Shown in pieces: positions 10,601 through 20,182 of a stretch of 64,000 nt of DNA. Position numbers and translations under genes: made by a program. Numbering within the stretch: the stretch's first letter is position 1; each line of letters begins with the position of its first letter. Origin of the DNA: an uncultured Polaribacter sp. (GTDB lineage Bacteria > Bacteroidota > Bacteroidia > Flavobacteriales > Flavobacteriaceae); assembly GCA_943788045.1 (NCBI GenBank), contig CALSOT010000005.1:12789-76788 (forward strand). Reading direction: 5' to 3'. The notes beneath the pieces are model-generated. The model was not told where the DNA came from and did no database searches. It was given only the letters and a program-made list of their open reading frames with translations.

Positions 10601-11810
10601 ACGTTAAGCCATTTTCATTATTGGAAAAAGTAAATGACTCAAATGTATTGTAATTGGGGTTTGATTTTGATAAGAAGTTTAAACCTCCAAGCTCTGTACC
10701 AATCCATAAGTTTCCAAACTGATCTTCGTGTAAACTTCTAATTTTATTACTACTTAAACTCCCCTTGTAATTTTTTTTTCTAAAATGATTAAATTGATAG
10801 TCACTATTTGTTTTTTTATAGATTCCTCCCCCATTAGAACCAACCCATAAATTACCTGTATTGTCAACAAACAAACAATTGATTGAATTATTTTTAAGAC
10901 CTACAAATTCTAATTTTTCAAAATCAATAGTGTTTACAACAAGAGCCTCTCCGTTTTTGGAAACACTAGAAAGCTTTTCATCAATCACACACCACAAATT
11001 ATTATTGCGATCCAGAACACCAAAACGATTTGATAGTTTATTTATATTTTTAGTGAGGCTTAATTTACTATTGTATTTGTAAATAATTTTATCTCTATGA
11101 AGTTCCCAAACTTTACCATTAGGCCCTGAAATCTGCGAAATAAAATTTGTGTTTTTTGTTGGAGCAAAATTAAGAGCGGAGATTTTACCGTCAATTATTG
11201 TGTAATTTAATAAATATAAAACTTGAGAATTTAAAAAAAACACATCCTTCTGTTTTATCAAAATTCTATTTCCCAATTTTTCAACTGGGTTTTCTATATC
11301 TTCAGTCAAAAGAACATGAAATTCCATTTCATCTACATTCTCTTTAAGAACAGCATAGCATGTTTTTTGTTTAAACTGAACCCATAAAATCCCATCATCG
11401 GATATCGTTACATCATTTACATAATTTCCAAATTGACTTAGTTTTTCACTAAAGTTAAAAAAAGTTTCTTTTTCTAAGTTATAATAGTTCAATCCACCAT
11501 CCAAAGAGGCAATCCAAAGGTTGCCATAATAATCTGACTCAATTTGCTGGATGATTCTCCCTGAGATACTAGATCTAGTCTTTTTTGAGGGTCTAAAAAC
11601 CTTGAAATTATAGCCATCATATTTATTAAGACCATCATTAGTTCCAAACCACATGAATCCATCCTTATCTTGAATAATACAATTTACGTCATGTTGTGAT
11701 AAACCATCTGCTGAATTGAAATTCTTAAAAATTAATTCCTCATTAAATACAACGCTAGATGATAAGGATAAAATTAAAAATAGCAGCCCTACTTTATATA
11801 GGTGTCTCAT
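7635..11810 (-). CDS. Hybrid two-component system regulator (periplasmic beta-propeller sensor, histidine kinase, receiver, AraC-type HTH)
   Basis: Repeated GLNxL/WIGT propeller motifs and one TM segment. H-box FTNISHELRSPLT, N-box LLSNAIKFTPKGG, DNGIGI and GFGIGLS. Receiver LLIIEDN...ISDIMMPG. C-terminal AraC HTH (GFNTPSYFSQSFK). ATG at 11810 (MRHLYKVGLLFLIL) is preferred. Confidence 0.9.
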   Translation of the reverse strand: MRHLYKVGLLFLILSLSSSVVFNEELIFKNFNSADGLSQHDVNCIIQDKDGFMWFGTNDGLNKYDGYNFKVFRPSKKTRSSISGRIIQQIESDYYGNLWIASLDGGLNYYNLEKETFFNFSEKLSQFGNYVNDVTISDDGILWVQFKQKTCYAVLKENVDEMEFHVLLTEDIENPVEKLGNRILIKQKDVFFLNSQVLYLLNYTIIDGKISALNFAPTKNTNFISQISGPNGKVWELHRDKIIYKYNSKLSLTKNINKLSNRFGVLDRNNNLWCVIDEKLSSVSKNGEALVVNTIDFEKLEFVGLKNNSINCLFVDNTGNLWVGSNGGGIYKKTNSDYQFNHFRKKNYKGSLSSNKIRSLHEDQFGNLWIGTELGGLNFLSKSNPNYNTFESFTFSNNENGLTSNNIFSISENIIDKNHSILWFSTENGGLNKLFINKNDTSKDFKFEKFNNPVNDGSNVKTLAIHSIFSEGKNRLWIGYYGSGLGLAEWDTPESKPYFSFINPDDKKIQFPGKIIRDIYRDATGVLWITTNNGLNKLIENSTDITKSYFNSFRFDPSNDNSIGSDYTLQIFESTNKTLWIGTIGGGLNKLIRNKELSVIGFKRYNTQNKQFPNDVINSIQEDDNGFLWVGTNTGLVRFDPKKESFETYSTNELQNPEMSEISALKRKNGELVFGGVNGINVFSSLSNKKSNIPPRILITDFSILYETVKPLEEIDGKIILDQSIAHTDHITLDANINNFSFSFSSLHFNDSEFNKYKYILEGFDENWIATNSDFRVAKYTNIKPGDYVFKVYGSNNKGVWSEKPAKVHLTLLPPWYFTLGAKTLYLLSFLLIIYLLTRIFIIQIKRKRKLEFNRLEKEKEKEINKVKLEFFTNISHELRSPLTLILGPAEKLIKQGDKLQKKERIRLYKTMQRNSDYLLALIKQLLDFRKLEQGEIKLKCTHINLVNLIQKVTEQFQTKAEQEKLNLGYNFNEKKIFAWTDANIIEKIIHNLLSNAIKFTPKGGSITIGMRELNLQKSNYPEGHIEIYVEDNGIGIKSSDVNTIFNRFYQSDNQNKKNEGFGIGLSFSQNLAKLHGGEIKVMSQYQKGSCFTLLLPLGNTHLTNEQMIENNEIIISKVDHHDNLDLINQQQKDHSNLKDKPSLLIIEDNLEIYHYLTSELSQHYLTMGSTDGKQGIELALEKLPDIIISDIMMPGTSGIEVSKTLKNNIKTSHIPIILLSARANDESKIEGLKSGADVYLTKPFSLEVLKTQLTSLLNNRKMTHNEFKNLNFEPSKVNISSLDEVFVENIINIIKDNIDNSSFTVQEFSNLNGMSRTSFFNKVKSITGLKPTEFLRNYRLKLAAQFLSKGYSVKECMYKTGFNTPSYFSQSFKVLFKMTPTEFIKKKKQT

Positions 11811-11965
11811 AATATATAATTCAATTTTAAAATTAAACACTAAACTTACAAATAAATATATTTATCATTAGCATATATTGACATATGTGATATATTTTAA
11901 CCCATTTAAGCAAAATAGAAATAAATAGTTGCATTAACTTTAAAATGAATTAAATCTTTACTTTG

Positions 11966-14900
11966 ATGATAGACAAAAATAATTTCAAATTAAATAAACA
12001 TTACTTGGCCTTTATGCATTTTGTATTTATAAGCGCACTGCTATTAAGCTTTAAAGTTTCCAGTCAAACCCTAAGTGTCAAGGGAACGGTGCTAAGCGAG
12101 GAAAGTGGCCAACCAATACCAGGGGTTACAGTAATCATAAAAGGAACTACCACTGGTACCTTCACAGATTTTAATGGTCTTTATACAATAAATGCTGCCT
12201 TAGATAATGTTTTAGTATTTAGCTATGTTGGTTTAGAAGAGGTAGAACTTGCGGTTACTAAACCAATACATAATATTTTAATGAAAGAAAATCTTACAGG
12301 TTTAGATGAAATTGTTGTAGTAGGATATGGTACTGCTAAAAAACGCGAACTGACAGGAGCAATTTCTTCAGTAAAGTCTAAAGACATAAATAAAACTGTT
12401 ACTTCAGATTTTGCTACTGCTATTCAAGGAAGAATGGCTGGTGTGAGTGTCAGACAAGGCAATGCTGCTCCTGGAGAAAATGCCAATATTACCATTCGTG
12501 GAATAACATCTTTTCAAGATGGAGGCTCAGGCCCCTTGTATGTTGTTGACGGGGTTACATATATTGAAAATCCAAATATCACCCCTCAAGAAATAGAATC
12601 TATAGAAGTTTTAAAAGATGGTGCTTCGGCGGCAATTTACGGCTCTCGAGCATCTGGAGGTGTGATTTTAATTACTACAAAAAAAGGAAAAGAAGGACAG
12701 ATGAAAGTGAGCTTGGATTCGTATTACGGAGTCCAAAACATTACTTCGGGACTTCCCCTAGCAAATACCTTAGAGGCATTGTATATAAATGATTTACAGT
12801 ATAGGTATGATGAAAATGTTAATTACCCTGATAATTACCCTAACCCGCTTGATCAAAATCCAGATGGATTAGAATACAATACAGATTGGATGAACTTACT
12901 TCAGGTTGATTTAGCGCCTATTCAAAACCACTCTCTTAATGTAAATGGTGGAAAAAATGGATTAACCTACAGCGTGATTGGAACATTTTTTAATCAAACT
13001 GGTGCACTTATTAATTCTGAATATAAAAAGCAATCTTTAAGAAGTAATACAGGTTTTAAAAAAGGTAAATTTACAATACAGGCAAATTTAAGTACGAATT
13101 TTAGTGAGCAAAAAAGAGAACCCTACGGTATCATTTATGATGCAATTAGACTACAACCTTACAGGCCACCTTTTGACATTACTTCAGATGTTTTTCAAAC
13201 CAACTTAGATAATGATGATCAAAATACACAGAGAATTTCAAATTTTGCAGGGAAACTAAAGCAAGAAAGCTCTAATAAAATAAATAATTTTAATGCCAAT
13301 ATACAGCTTGCATATGAAATAGTTGAAGGGCTAACAGCGCGAGCAAATATTGGACGATCCTTTTACAACAAAAAAGATCGATTTTTCCAACCAAGCTTTC
13401 AAGTTTTGAGCGGAAACGGAGAAATTAACCTGGGAGCTAGTAACTTAAATGCGCAACTTAGATTAGGAGATGCCACAAGCACTAGGAGTATAGACGAATT
13501 TACTTTAAACTACACCAAAATCTTTAAAAAACATAATTTTAAATTTTTAATTGGTAACACCTACGAATCTTCTAAATATGAATTTTATAGAACCGGCGCT
13601 AACAATATTACAAGCAACTTCACCCCTGTTCTGGGTAATGGTGATCCCATCGTTGGTACTCAAACCATTAATAAAACAGAAAGTATTTCTTACATAGGGA
13701 GAATTAATTACAATTATAACTGGAAGTATTTTTTAAGTCTGGTAGTTAGAAGAGATGGGTCAAGTAATTTTGGAAATCAAAAGTTCGGAACTTTCCCATC
13801 TATTTCTGCAGGATGGACTTTCTCTAATGAACCTTTTTTTAAAAATTTAAAAAATACTGTATCCATGGCAAAATTGAGACTCGGGTACGGTAACACTGGT
13901 AGTGATAGGATACCACCTTATGGTTATAGTCCTATCGTCATTGCAAATGTAGATTACATATTGGGAGAACAACCTAATTTAATTTCGGGTATGACACAAC
14001 CGGGATATGTTGATCCTAATTTAAAGTGGGAGACTAACATAAGTAAAAACATTGGTTTAGACTTTAAATTTAAAGGTGGTAAAGCTGGGCTCGAAATCGA
14101 TCTTTATGAACAAAACAAGAAAGATATGCTACTTGCAATTACAACACCAATTTCTGCAGGATCAACGCCCGTAAATGGTGAAACCTATGACCGTTTTCTT
14201 ACTAACATAGGTGATTTAAGAAATAGAGGTGTTGAAGTTAGTGCTCATTACAATCACAAATTTGGACCAGTGGGTTTAAAATTTAGTGGAAACTTTACCA
14301 AGAATAAAAATACAGTTGTGAGTCTTTCTAGAGAAGGAGAAATAATCTTTGACGGGTATCCTAATATTATTAGAGTAAATCAAAATGAACCTGTTGCAGT
14401 ACTTGAAGCTGGCCTGCCTGTTGGTGCTTTTAAAGTCTATCAAACCGATGGAACTGTAAAAACAGACCAAGAGTTGGAAATTTATCAACTTTTAGATGCC
14501 AATGCTCGAAAAGGGGACCTAAGATATGTTGATACCGATGGGAACGGGGAGTTAAATAATAATGATAAAGTATATAAAGGGTCCTATCAGCCAGATTTTG
14601 AAATTGGTTTTAATGTAGATGCTAATTACAAGAATTTTGATTTTTCTGTTCAATTCTATGGTGTTAGTGGTAACACTATATATAATGGACAGAAACAATA
14701 TGCTTACAGTACAAAAAGACACAGAGATTTGGTTAACAGTTGGAGCGATGAAAACCCTACATCAAACATACCAACACCGCGGTCAAGTATTGAACACCCT
14801 AATGTAAATACCGCAACAGATTATTTTCTAGAAGATGGTTCCTTTTTAAGATTGCGAAACATTATACTTGGATACTCTTTGCAAAATAATTTACTTGATA

Positions 14901-15076
14901 AAATTGGGATAGAAAATTTCCGAGTTTATATAAACGCCCAGAATGCTATCACCTGGACCAATTACAGTGGATTTGATCCAGAAGTTGGAAGCAGCAATCC
15001 TTTTAACGGAGGGCTAGATAGAGGAAACTACCCAGTAACTGCAACATACAGTGCAGGTATCTCAATTACATTTTAA
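11966..15076 (+). CDS. SusC-like TonB-dependent outer-membrane transporter
   Basis: N-terminal carboxypeptidase-regulatory-like domain (VKGTVLSEESGQPIPGVTVIIKGTTTGTFTDFNGLY), plug region (DEIVVVGYGTAKKRELTGAISSV), about 1035 aa, terminal aromatic residue (SITF). A susD-like gene follows. Confidence 0.9.
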   Translation: MIDKNNFKLNKHYLAFMHFVFISALLLSFKVSSQTLSVKGTVLSEESGQPIPGVTVIIKGTTTGTFTDFNGLYTINAALDNVLVFSYVGLEEVELAVTKPIHNILMKENLTGLDEIVVVGYGTAKKRELTGAISSVKSKDINKTVTSDFATAIQGRMAGVSVRQGNAAPGENANITIRGITSFQDGGSGPLYVVDGVTYIENPNITPQEIESIEVLKDGASAAIYGSRASGGVILITTKKGKEGQMKVSLDSYYGVQNITSGLPLANTLEALYINDLQYRYDENVNYPDNYPNPLDQNPDGLEYNTDWMNLLQVDLAPIQNHSLNVNGGKNGLTYSVIGTFFNQTGALINSEYKKQSLRSNTGFKKGKFTIQANLSTNFSEQKREPYGIIYDAIRLQPYRPPFDITSDVFQTNLDNDDQNTQRISNFAGKLKQESSNKINNFNANIQLAYEIVEGLTARANIGRSFYNKKDRFFQPSFQVLSGNGEINLGASNLNAQLRLGDATSTRSIDEFTLNYTKIFKKHNFKFLIGNTYESSKYEFYRTGANNITSNFTPVLGNGDPIVGTQTINKTESISYIGRINYNYNWKYFLSLVVRRDGSSNFGNQKFGTFPSISAGWTFSNEPFFKNLKNTVSMAKLRLGYGNTGSDRIPPYGYSPIVIANVDYILGEQPNLISGMTQPGYVDPNLKWETNISKNIGLDFKFKGGKAGLEIDLYEQNKKDMLLAITTPISAGSTPVNGETYDRFLTNIGDLRNRGVEVSAHYNHKFGPVGLKFSGNFTKNKNTVVSLSREGEIIFDGYPNIIRVNQNEPVAVLEAGLPVGAFKVYQTDGTVKTDQELEIYQLLDANARKGDLRYVDTDGNGELNNNDKVYKGSYQPDFEIGFNVDANYKNFDFSVQFYGVSGNTIYNGQKQYAYSTKRHRDLVNSWSDENPTSNIPTPRSSIEHPNVNTATDYFLEDGSFLRLRNIILGYSLQNNLLDKIGIENFRVYINAQNAITWTNYSGFDPEVGSSNPFNGGLDRGNYPVTATYSAGISITF

Positions 15077-15096
15077 TTCTTTATAATTCTAGAAAA

Positions 15097-16740
15097 ATGA
15101 AACGAAATAAATTATATTTAGTACTAATAACTTCTATCGCTTTGCTATGCAGCTGTAGTTATGATCAATTAAATATTGAAAACCCTAATAATCTTCCTTT
15201 AAATAATTTTTGGAATTCAGAAGAGGATATTCAAAAAGGTTTAATAGCAACTTATGCAGCTCTGCAATTAGATGGATTACTTGGTGGGGCTAGCTCAACA
15301 CAACATCCTGTAAGGTCTGACATAGGAAGGCCAAACAATTGGAATGCAAACGCCCAAGGATTAAGCAGATTAGCTTTTAATGAAAACTCAGATATCGTTA
15401 AAAAGCGATGGAGAGATTGTTATATAGGTGTTTTTCGTGCTAACCAAGTGATAGCCAATTTATACACTATAGATTTAAGTGAGCAGACTAGAACTCAAAT
15501 AGAAGCAGAAGCTAAGTTTTTGAGAGGATTTTTTTACTACTCTTTGTACCGCGGTTACAATGGAGGTAGTGTAATAATACACACAACTCCACCACAGTCT
15601 AGTGAAGATTTTTATAAATCACCATCACCTGCCAGTGAGGTATTTAACTTAATCAAATCCGATTTAGAATTTGCTTACACTAATTTACCCCAGCAATATG
15701 AAAATAGTCAAGATTTAGGTAGAGCTACATGGGGTGCAGCTACAGCAATGCTCGGGAAATTACATATTAATGCCCGTGATTATGATCTCGCGAAAATGAA
15801 ATTCAAAGAAATTCTTGAAAGTAACTTGTATAGTCTTACAGCCAACATTGGAGATAATTTTGATGAAGAGCATGAAATGAATAGTGAATCAATTTTTGAA
15901 GTTGCATTTTCTACTGAATTTAGTCAAGGCACCTCTGGCAGTGCAGCAGATGGACCCCTTGGCTCAGAAGCCACATCAAGAGCAAGAACGTTAGCACCAG
16001 ATGAAGGCGGTGGCTATAGAACCATCATGCCATCATACCACATGACCATGCTATTTAAAAAAGACACTATGGATATAACAAATCCAATTAATAGCAATAG
16101 AACAGGTGCTGCTAATTACTCTATTAGAACTTCTATGTCAATAGCCATCGCAGACGACGACAATACTACAATATACCAAATACCATCAGAAAGTTTGCGA
16201 TATAATAATAATGAAGCCTCTTATTTAAAAAAATTCCAAAACTGGACACTTTTAAGAGAAAGTGATCAATCTATTTCTGGAATTAATGAACGTGTGATAA
16301 GACTCGCTGATGTTATGTTACTCTATGCAGAATGTATTCTTCAAACAGGGGGGGCATATACTGAAGCATTAGATTTAATTAATGAAATTAGATACAGGGC
16401 AGGAGTTGTGTTACTAGAGCCAGTAGATTATGATAATAGCAGTACAATGGAACACATTATGTGGGTAGAACGGCCACTTGAACTAATGTTTGAAGGACTC
16501 GACACTCGTTGGGAAGACTTGACAAGATGGGATAAAGTTCAGGAACAATATGATCGTTTGGCATTAAAAAGTTATGTTCTTGTTTCTAAAAACTTGTACG
16601 AATTTGACCCTGCTATTCACAATGAAGATAGAAAGCTCATAGAGTTTGAAAGTGCAGCAACATCTTACCAGAGTGCTATACACAACTATTTTCCAATTCC
16701 ATCAACGGAACAGAATTCGAATCCAGATCTTTTCAACTAA
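15097..16740 (+). CDS. SusD/RagB-family glycan-binding lipoprotein
   Basis: Lipoprotein signal (LLCSCSYD) and position immediately after susC-like. SusD-like features: RGFFYYSLYRGY, RLADVMLLYAEC, YFPIPSTEQNSNP. Confidence 0.85.
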   Translation: MKRNKLYLVLITSIALLCSCSYDQLNIENPNNLPLNNFWNSEEDIQKGLIATYAALQLDGLLGGASSTQHPVRSDIGRPNNWNANAQGLSRLAFNENSDIVKKRWRDCYIGVFRANQVIANLYTIDLSEQTRTQIEAEAKFLRGFFYYSLYRGYNGGSVIIHTTPPQSSEDFYKSPSPASEVFNLIKSDLEFAYTNLPQQYENSQDLGRATWGAATAMLGKLHINARDYDLAKMKFKEILESNLYSLTANIGDNFDEEHEMNSESIFEVAFSTEFSQGTSGSAADGPLGSEATSRARTLAPDEGGGYRTIMPSYHMTMLFKKDTMDITNPINSNRTGAANYSIRTSMSIAIADDDNTTIYQIPSESLRYNNNEASYLKKFQNWTLLRESDQSISGINERVIRLADVMLLYAECILQTGGAYTEALDLINEIRYRAGVVLLEPVDYDNSSTMEHIMWVERPLELMFEGLDTRWEDLTRWDKVQEQYDRLALKSYVLVSKNLYEFDPAIHNEDRKLIEFESAATSYQSAIHNYFPIPSTEQNSNPDLFN

Positions 16741-16778
16741 AAATATTTTTTTACAAAAAACATATAAAATAAAATATT

Positions 16779-18266
16779 ATGAAAATACCCATCAACAAAA
16801 TAGCAATTATAAGTTTTGTATTATTTGGAGTCATTGCTTGTCAAAAGGACGATGCGATTCCGGAATACAACAATTTCTCAGATGCGCTGGCCACTAATGG
16901 AGATAAAAGAATTCAAAGAGACGATTTTGCTTCCTTTGCGGATTTATCCAAGGGTGTAACCAATAGAACTTGGACCATTCCAGAATCAGCTTCCATAATT
17001 AATCTTGAAGGAAGAGACCCCTCTCAAGTTGAACTTGTCCAAGTACAGTTTGATGAACTCGGTCAGTTTGAAGTGAATTTGAAAGATGAATTTATAGATT
17101 CTACTGTACAACTCGATACAACTTTCAATGTGACGGTTCTAGATTTCATTCAAACAAATTTTGATGTGTTGTCTATTGAATCTAGTTTTCAAGAAGAAAC
17201 GCCAACACAAATAACAATATATGAAGGCGGCACCATTACATTTCAAGACGTTTCACAAGGGAGTCCCAACCGACGAAAATGGACATTTCCAGGAGGCGAT
17301 CCGTCATCAGCGGGTGGAATTAGTATTGATTATGACAAAGATTTTCAAAATATAGCAGTCTCCTATCCAACAATAGGAACCTATGATGTTTCGCTTGTTA
17401 CTTGGCGTCAGTATCCAGAGGGAAGTAAGGATACATTGCATCTAAAAGACTACATCAATGTTATAGAAAATATTGATCCACCAACCCTAACCCAGATTAC
17501 AGAAAGTGATGCAGGCGTGATTCATTTAAATTATAATTTACCTCTAAAATTGACAGCTGATCTTGTCCCTCATTTAACCCTTACTGTAGATGGTATTAAA
17601 ACAGACATTTTGAGCGCTGCTATTAACTTAGATGACAATCGAATTGTGGACATTACTACTACTGAAAATATTAAAAGTAACTCTGTAGCGTCATTGTCCT
17701 ATGATAATTCAGAGGGAGTATTGGTGCGAGTAAACGATGTAGTTGCTGAATCCTTTACAGACCAACCTGTTGAATTGTTTGTGTCATTAAATCTTGCTAA
17801 CTCTAGCATTTACGGATTTGAAGATGGTGGAGCTGGATGGATGGCCGCCTCAGATAATGTAGGCGAAATAAGCTTTACAGACCAAAAGGCAGCCTCAGGT
17901 AATTACAGCATGCGTATGGAAGCCACAGAAAATGCCAAATGGACGAGATCTTGGAGTTGGAAAGAGGGTTCTGAATTCACCTTGAAAGCTGGGCAAAAGG
18001 TTACCATTGAATTCAAAATTTGGATAGACCCCTCTTACACCGATGGTAGTATTGGACCATGGATTACCGGCACAGAAGCACCATACCCAGGTACACAATT
18101 CTGGACTGGCATGAGCGGTTTACCTCGAGGCGAATGGATAACCATAAATAAAGAAACTGCTAAGGTATGGACAGTTACTGCGGATGGAGATTATTTTGTT
18201 GCGTTTAGATTTCAGAAAAAAGGAATTATTTACATAGACGATGTTAAAGTCTATATTCCGGAATAA
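16779..18266 (+). CDS. Surface lipoprotein with a PKD-like domain and a C-terminal CBM-like domain (candidate SGBP)
   Basis: Lipobox FGVIACQKDD. PKD-type motif ITFQDVSQGSPNRRKWTFPGGDPSS...GTYDVSLV. C-terminal beta-sandwich-like end GFEDGGAGW...YIDDVKVY. It sits in the position typical of surface glycan-binding proteins after susD. Confidence 0.55.
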   Translation: MKIPINKIAIISFVLFGVIACQKDDAIPEYNNFSDALATNGDKRIQRDDFASFADLSKGVTNRTWTIPESASIINLEGRDPSQVELVQVQFDELGQFEVNLKDEFIDSTVQLDTTFNVTVLDFIQTNFDVLSIESSFQEETPTQITIYEGGTITFQDVSQGSPNRRKWTFPGGDPSSAGGISIDYDKDFQNIAVSYPTIGTYDVSLVTWRQYPEGSKDTLHLKDYINVIENIDPPTLTQITESDAGVIHLNYNLPLKLTADLVPHLTLTVDGIKTDILSAAINLDDNRIVDITTTENIKSNSVASLSYDNSEGVLVRVNDVVAESFTDQPVELFVSLNLANSSIYGFEDGGAGWMAASDNVGEISFTDQKAASGNYSMRMEATENAKWTRSWSWKEGSEFTLKAGQKVTIEFKIWIDPSYTDGSIGPWITGTEAPYPGTQFWTGMSGLPRGEWITINKETAKVWTVTADGDYFVAFRFQKKGIIYIDDVKVYIPE

Positions 18267-18357
18267 GTGATTTTTTGTCACTTTTAGTTCATTTTGAAAG
18301 CAATAAAAAAATTATGAAGAAAACTAGTATATAATAAATTTAAAAAAAATCTTATAA

Positions 18358-20172
18358 GTGAATTTTAAACTTAAAATTTATATTACTACATTATTTTTGG
18401 CCATGGTTAATGGTTTGAACGCTCAGGTAAATGTCGTACTGGTTGAGCCTACTGTTCAAAAGTTTATTGGGGAGGTTTCTGAGCTAGATCGATCAAAATA
18501 TTTTAATATCCACGCCCCAGGTAAAACACCATTACTTGAATCATTTTATAAAGAATATAACGTAGAGCAATCAGGAAGAGGGTTTTACGGGCCTGGAATA
18601 GACGCCAAAAAATTGATGGGAGAAGTTGGTGTTTATCCCAAATTTAATGGTAAAAAAAGTGACAAATCGTTAGCTGTGACACGTTATGTTGCTACAGAGC
18701 ACCCGCGAAACCTATATAAAGAAGGTATCAACTTAGAGGCATCGTCAAATTGGGCAGTCAACTATTTTAAAAATACAAAAAAAAGTAACAGGCCATTATG
18801 GTATGAACCGATGAACGAACCATTTGTTCATGCTAAAGACTTTTACGAAGAAAAAGATTGGGATCCTGTTGCAGAATTACGGGTTAAAACAGAAATGTCA
18901 AAGCTATTTAGAGCTCTGGCAGAAAAAATCCATGCAGAACCAAGCTTAAAAAATATTAAGGTAATGGGTTACAGCGCTGCATGGCCATCTTTTGAATTAA
19001 AAGATTTTCAAAATTGGAAAACAAATATGGGCCTTTTTTTAGATATTGCCGGTGATCAACTCGATGCAATTTCCTACCATCTTTATGATGGGATCAATCA
19101 AGTTGGGCAGGAAAACAAGCGCTCAGGAAGTAACAACGAAGCAATAATGGATCTCATTGAAACTTACAGTCACCAGCGTTGGGGATTTATTAAACCTCAT
19201 GCGATTACAGAATATGGTGGAATCGAGGTTTCTGAATTTTCCTTAATTCGAAATATGCAATCAATTCGATCTCAAAACGCCATGATTTTTGGTTTGCTGG
19301 ACCGTGAAGATCGACTAGAAATTTCCATCCCATTCACAACAGATAATGCCAAATGGCACATTAATAAAGCAAATAATTATTTACCATATAAAGCCGTTCT
19401 ATGGCGTGCAGAAAATATGGGTGTGCCAAAAAATCAAATTACAGGTTGGGTATATACTAATCGAATTCAATTTTATGAACTTTGGAAAGGGGTCAAAGGA
19501 AAAAGAGTTTTCGTTTCAACATCAAACCCTGATATTCAAGTCCAAGCCTTTTTGGATGAAAAAAAAATATTTGTTGCACTAAATAACTTGGACGATAATG
19601 CTCAACAAGTTGCATTAGATCTTAGCTCTATAAAATCTAACGTTAAAGATATATTGGTAAAGTCATTAACTATTTACAAGGAGGATTTTCCTCGATATTA
19701 TGAAAAAACTGTCAGCAGTATCCCTGAAGTATTTTCTATAGATTCTGCAGAGACAATAGTTCTAGAATTTAATTTAAAAAATAGTATGACATTCAAAAAC
19801 CAAATTAAATCCAAACGCTACTACAGTAGTAATTACTTAGTCCCAATTGAAGCTAATAATGAGTTGATATTTGAATTTAATAATGTTGCCCTTGGAGTTG
19901 GTTTTGCCAAACTAAGTATGAGTATAGGTAGGGGGCATGATTTGTCAAAAACTCCTGAAGTTTTTGTTAATGGCAGTAAAGTTGAAGTTCCTTTGAACTG
20001 GAAAGGGTATGACCAAGCTAATAGAAAAAAATTCTTTGGGGCTATAGAAATTCCTGTTCCCATAGAATTAATTAAACAAAATAATTCCGTTCGTGTTACT
20101 TTTCCAGATACTGGTGGGCATTTAAGTTCTCTAATTTTAGATGTGGAAAAAATTATTGATACTAATAATTGA
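18358..20172 (+). CDS. Secreted (beta/alpha)8-type glycoside hydrolase with C-terminal beta-sandwich region, family unassigned
   Basis: Signal peptide NFKLKIYITTLFLAMVNGLNAQ (apparent GTG start). Clan GH-A-like acid/base motif WYEPMNEPF and nucleophile-like motif AITEYGG. Roughly 60% identical by eye to the catalytic core of the next gene. Confidence 0.6.
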   Translation: MNFKLKIYITTLFLAMVNGLNAQVNVVLVEPTVQKFIGEVSELDRSKYFNIHAPGKTPLLESFYKEYNVEQSGRGFYGPGIDAKKLMGEVGVYPKFNGKKSDKSLAVTRYVATEHPRNLYKEGINLEASSNWAVNYFKNTKKSNRPLWYEPMNEPFVHAKDFYEEKDWDPVAELRVKTEMSKLFRALAEKIHAEPSLKNIKVMGYSAAWPSFELKDFQNWKTNMGLFLDIAGDQLDAISYHLYDGINQVGQENKRSGSNNEAIMDLIETYSHQRWGFIKPHAITEYGGIEVSEFSLIRNMQSIRSQNAMIFGLLDREDRLEISIPFTTDNAKWHINKANNYLPYKAVLWRAENMGVPKNQITGWVYTNRIQFYELWKGVKGKRVFVSTSNPDIQVQAFLDEKKIFVALNNLDDNAQQVALDLSSIKSNVKDILVKSLTIYKEDFPRYYEKTVSSIPEVFSIDSAETIVLEFNLKNSMTFKNQIKSKRYYSSNYLVPIEANNELIFEFNNVALGVGFAKLSMSIGRGHDLSKTPEVFVNGSKVEVPLNWKGYDQANRKKFFGAIEIPVPIELIKQNNSVRVTFPDTGGHLSSLILDVEKIIDTNN

Positions 20173-20182
20173 AAATATAGAT

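Noticed and set aside
11873-11896. ATATATT direct repeat spaced 17 bp apart in the HTCS/susC intergenic region, considered as an AraC-type operator
   Set aside because: The heptamer is pure A/T in a very AT-rich intergenic region, so chance occurrence is likely. No supporting conservation can be assessed here.
16646-16897. 83-aa ORF spanning the susD end and the start of the next gene
   Set aside because: It is out of frame with both well-supported genes and bridges their intergenic spacer, so it is a shadow ORF.
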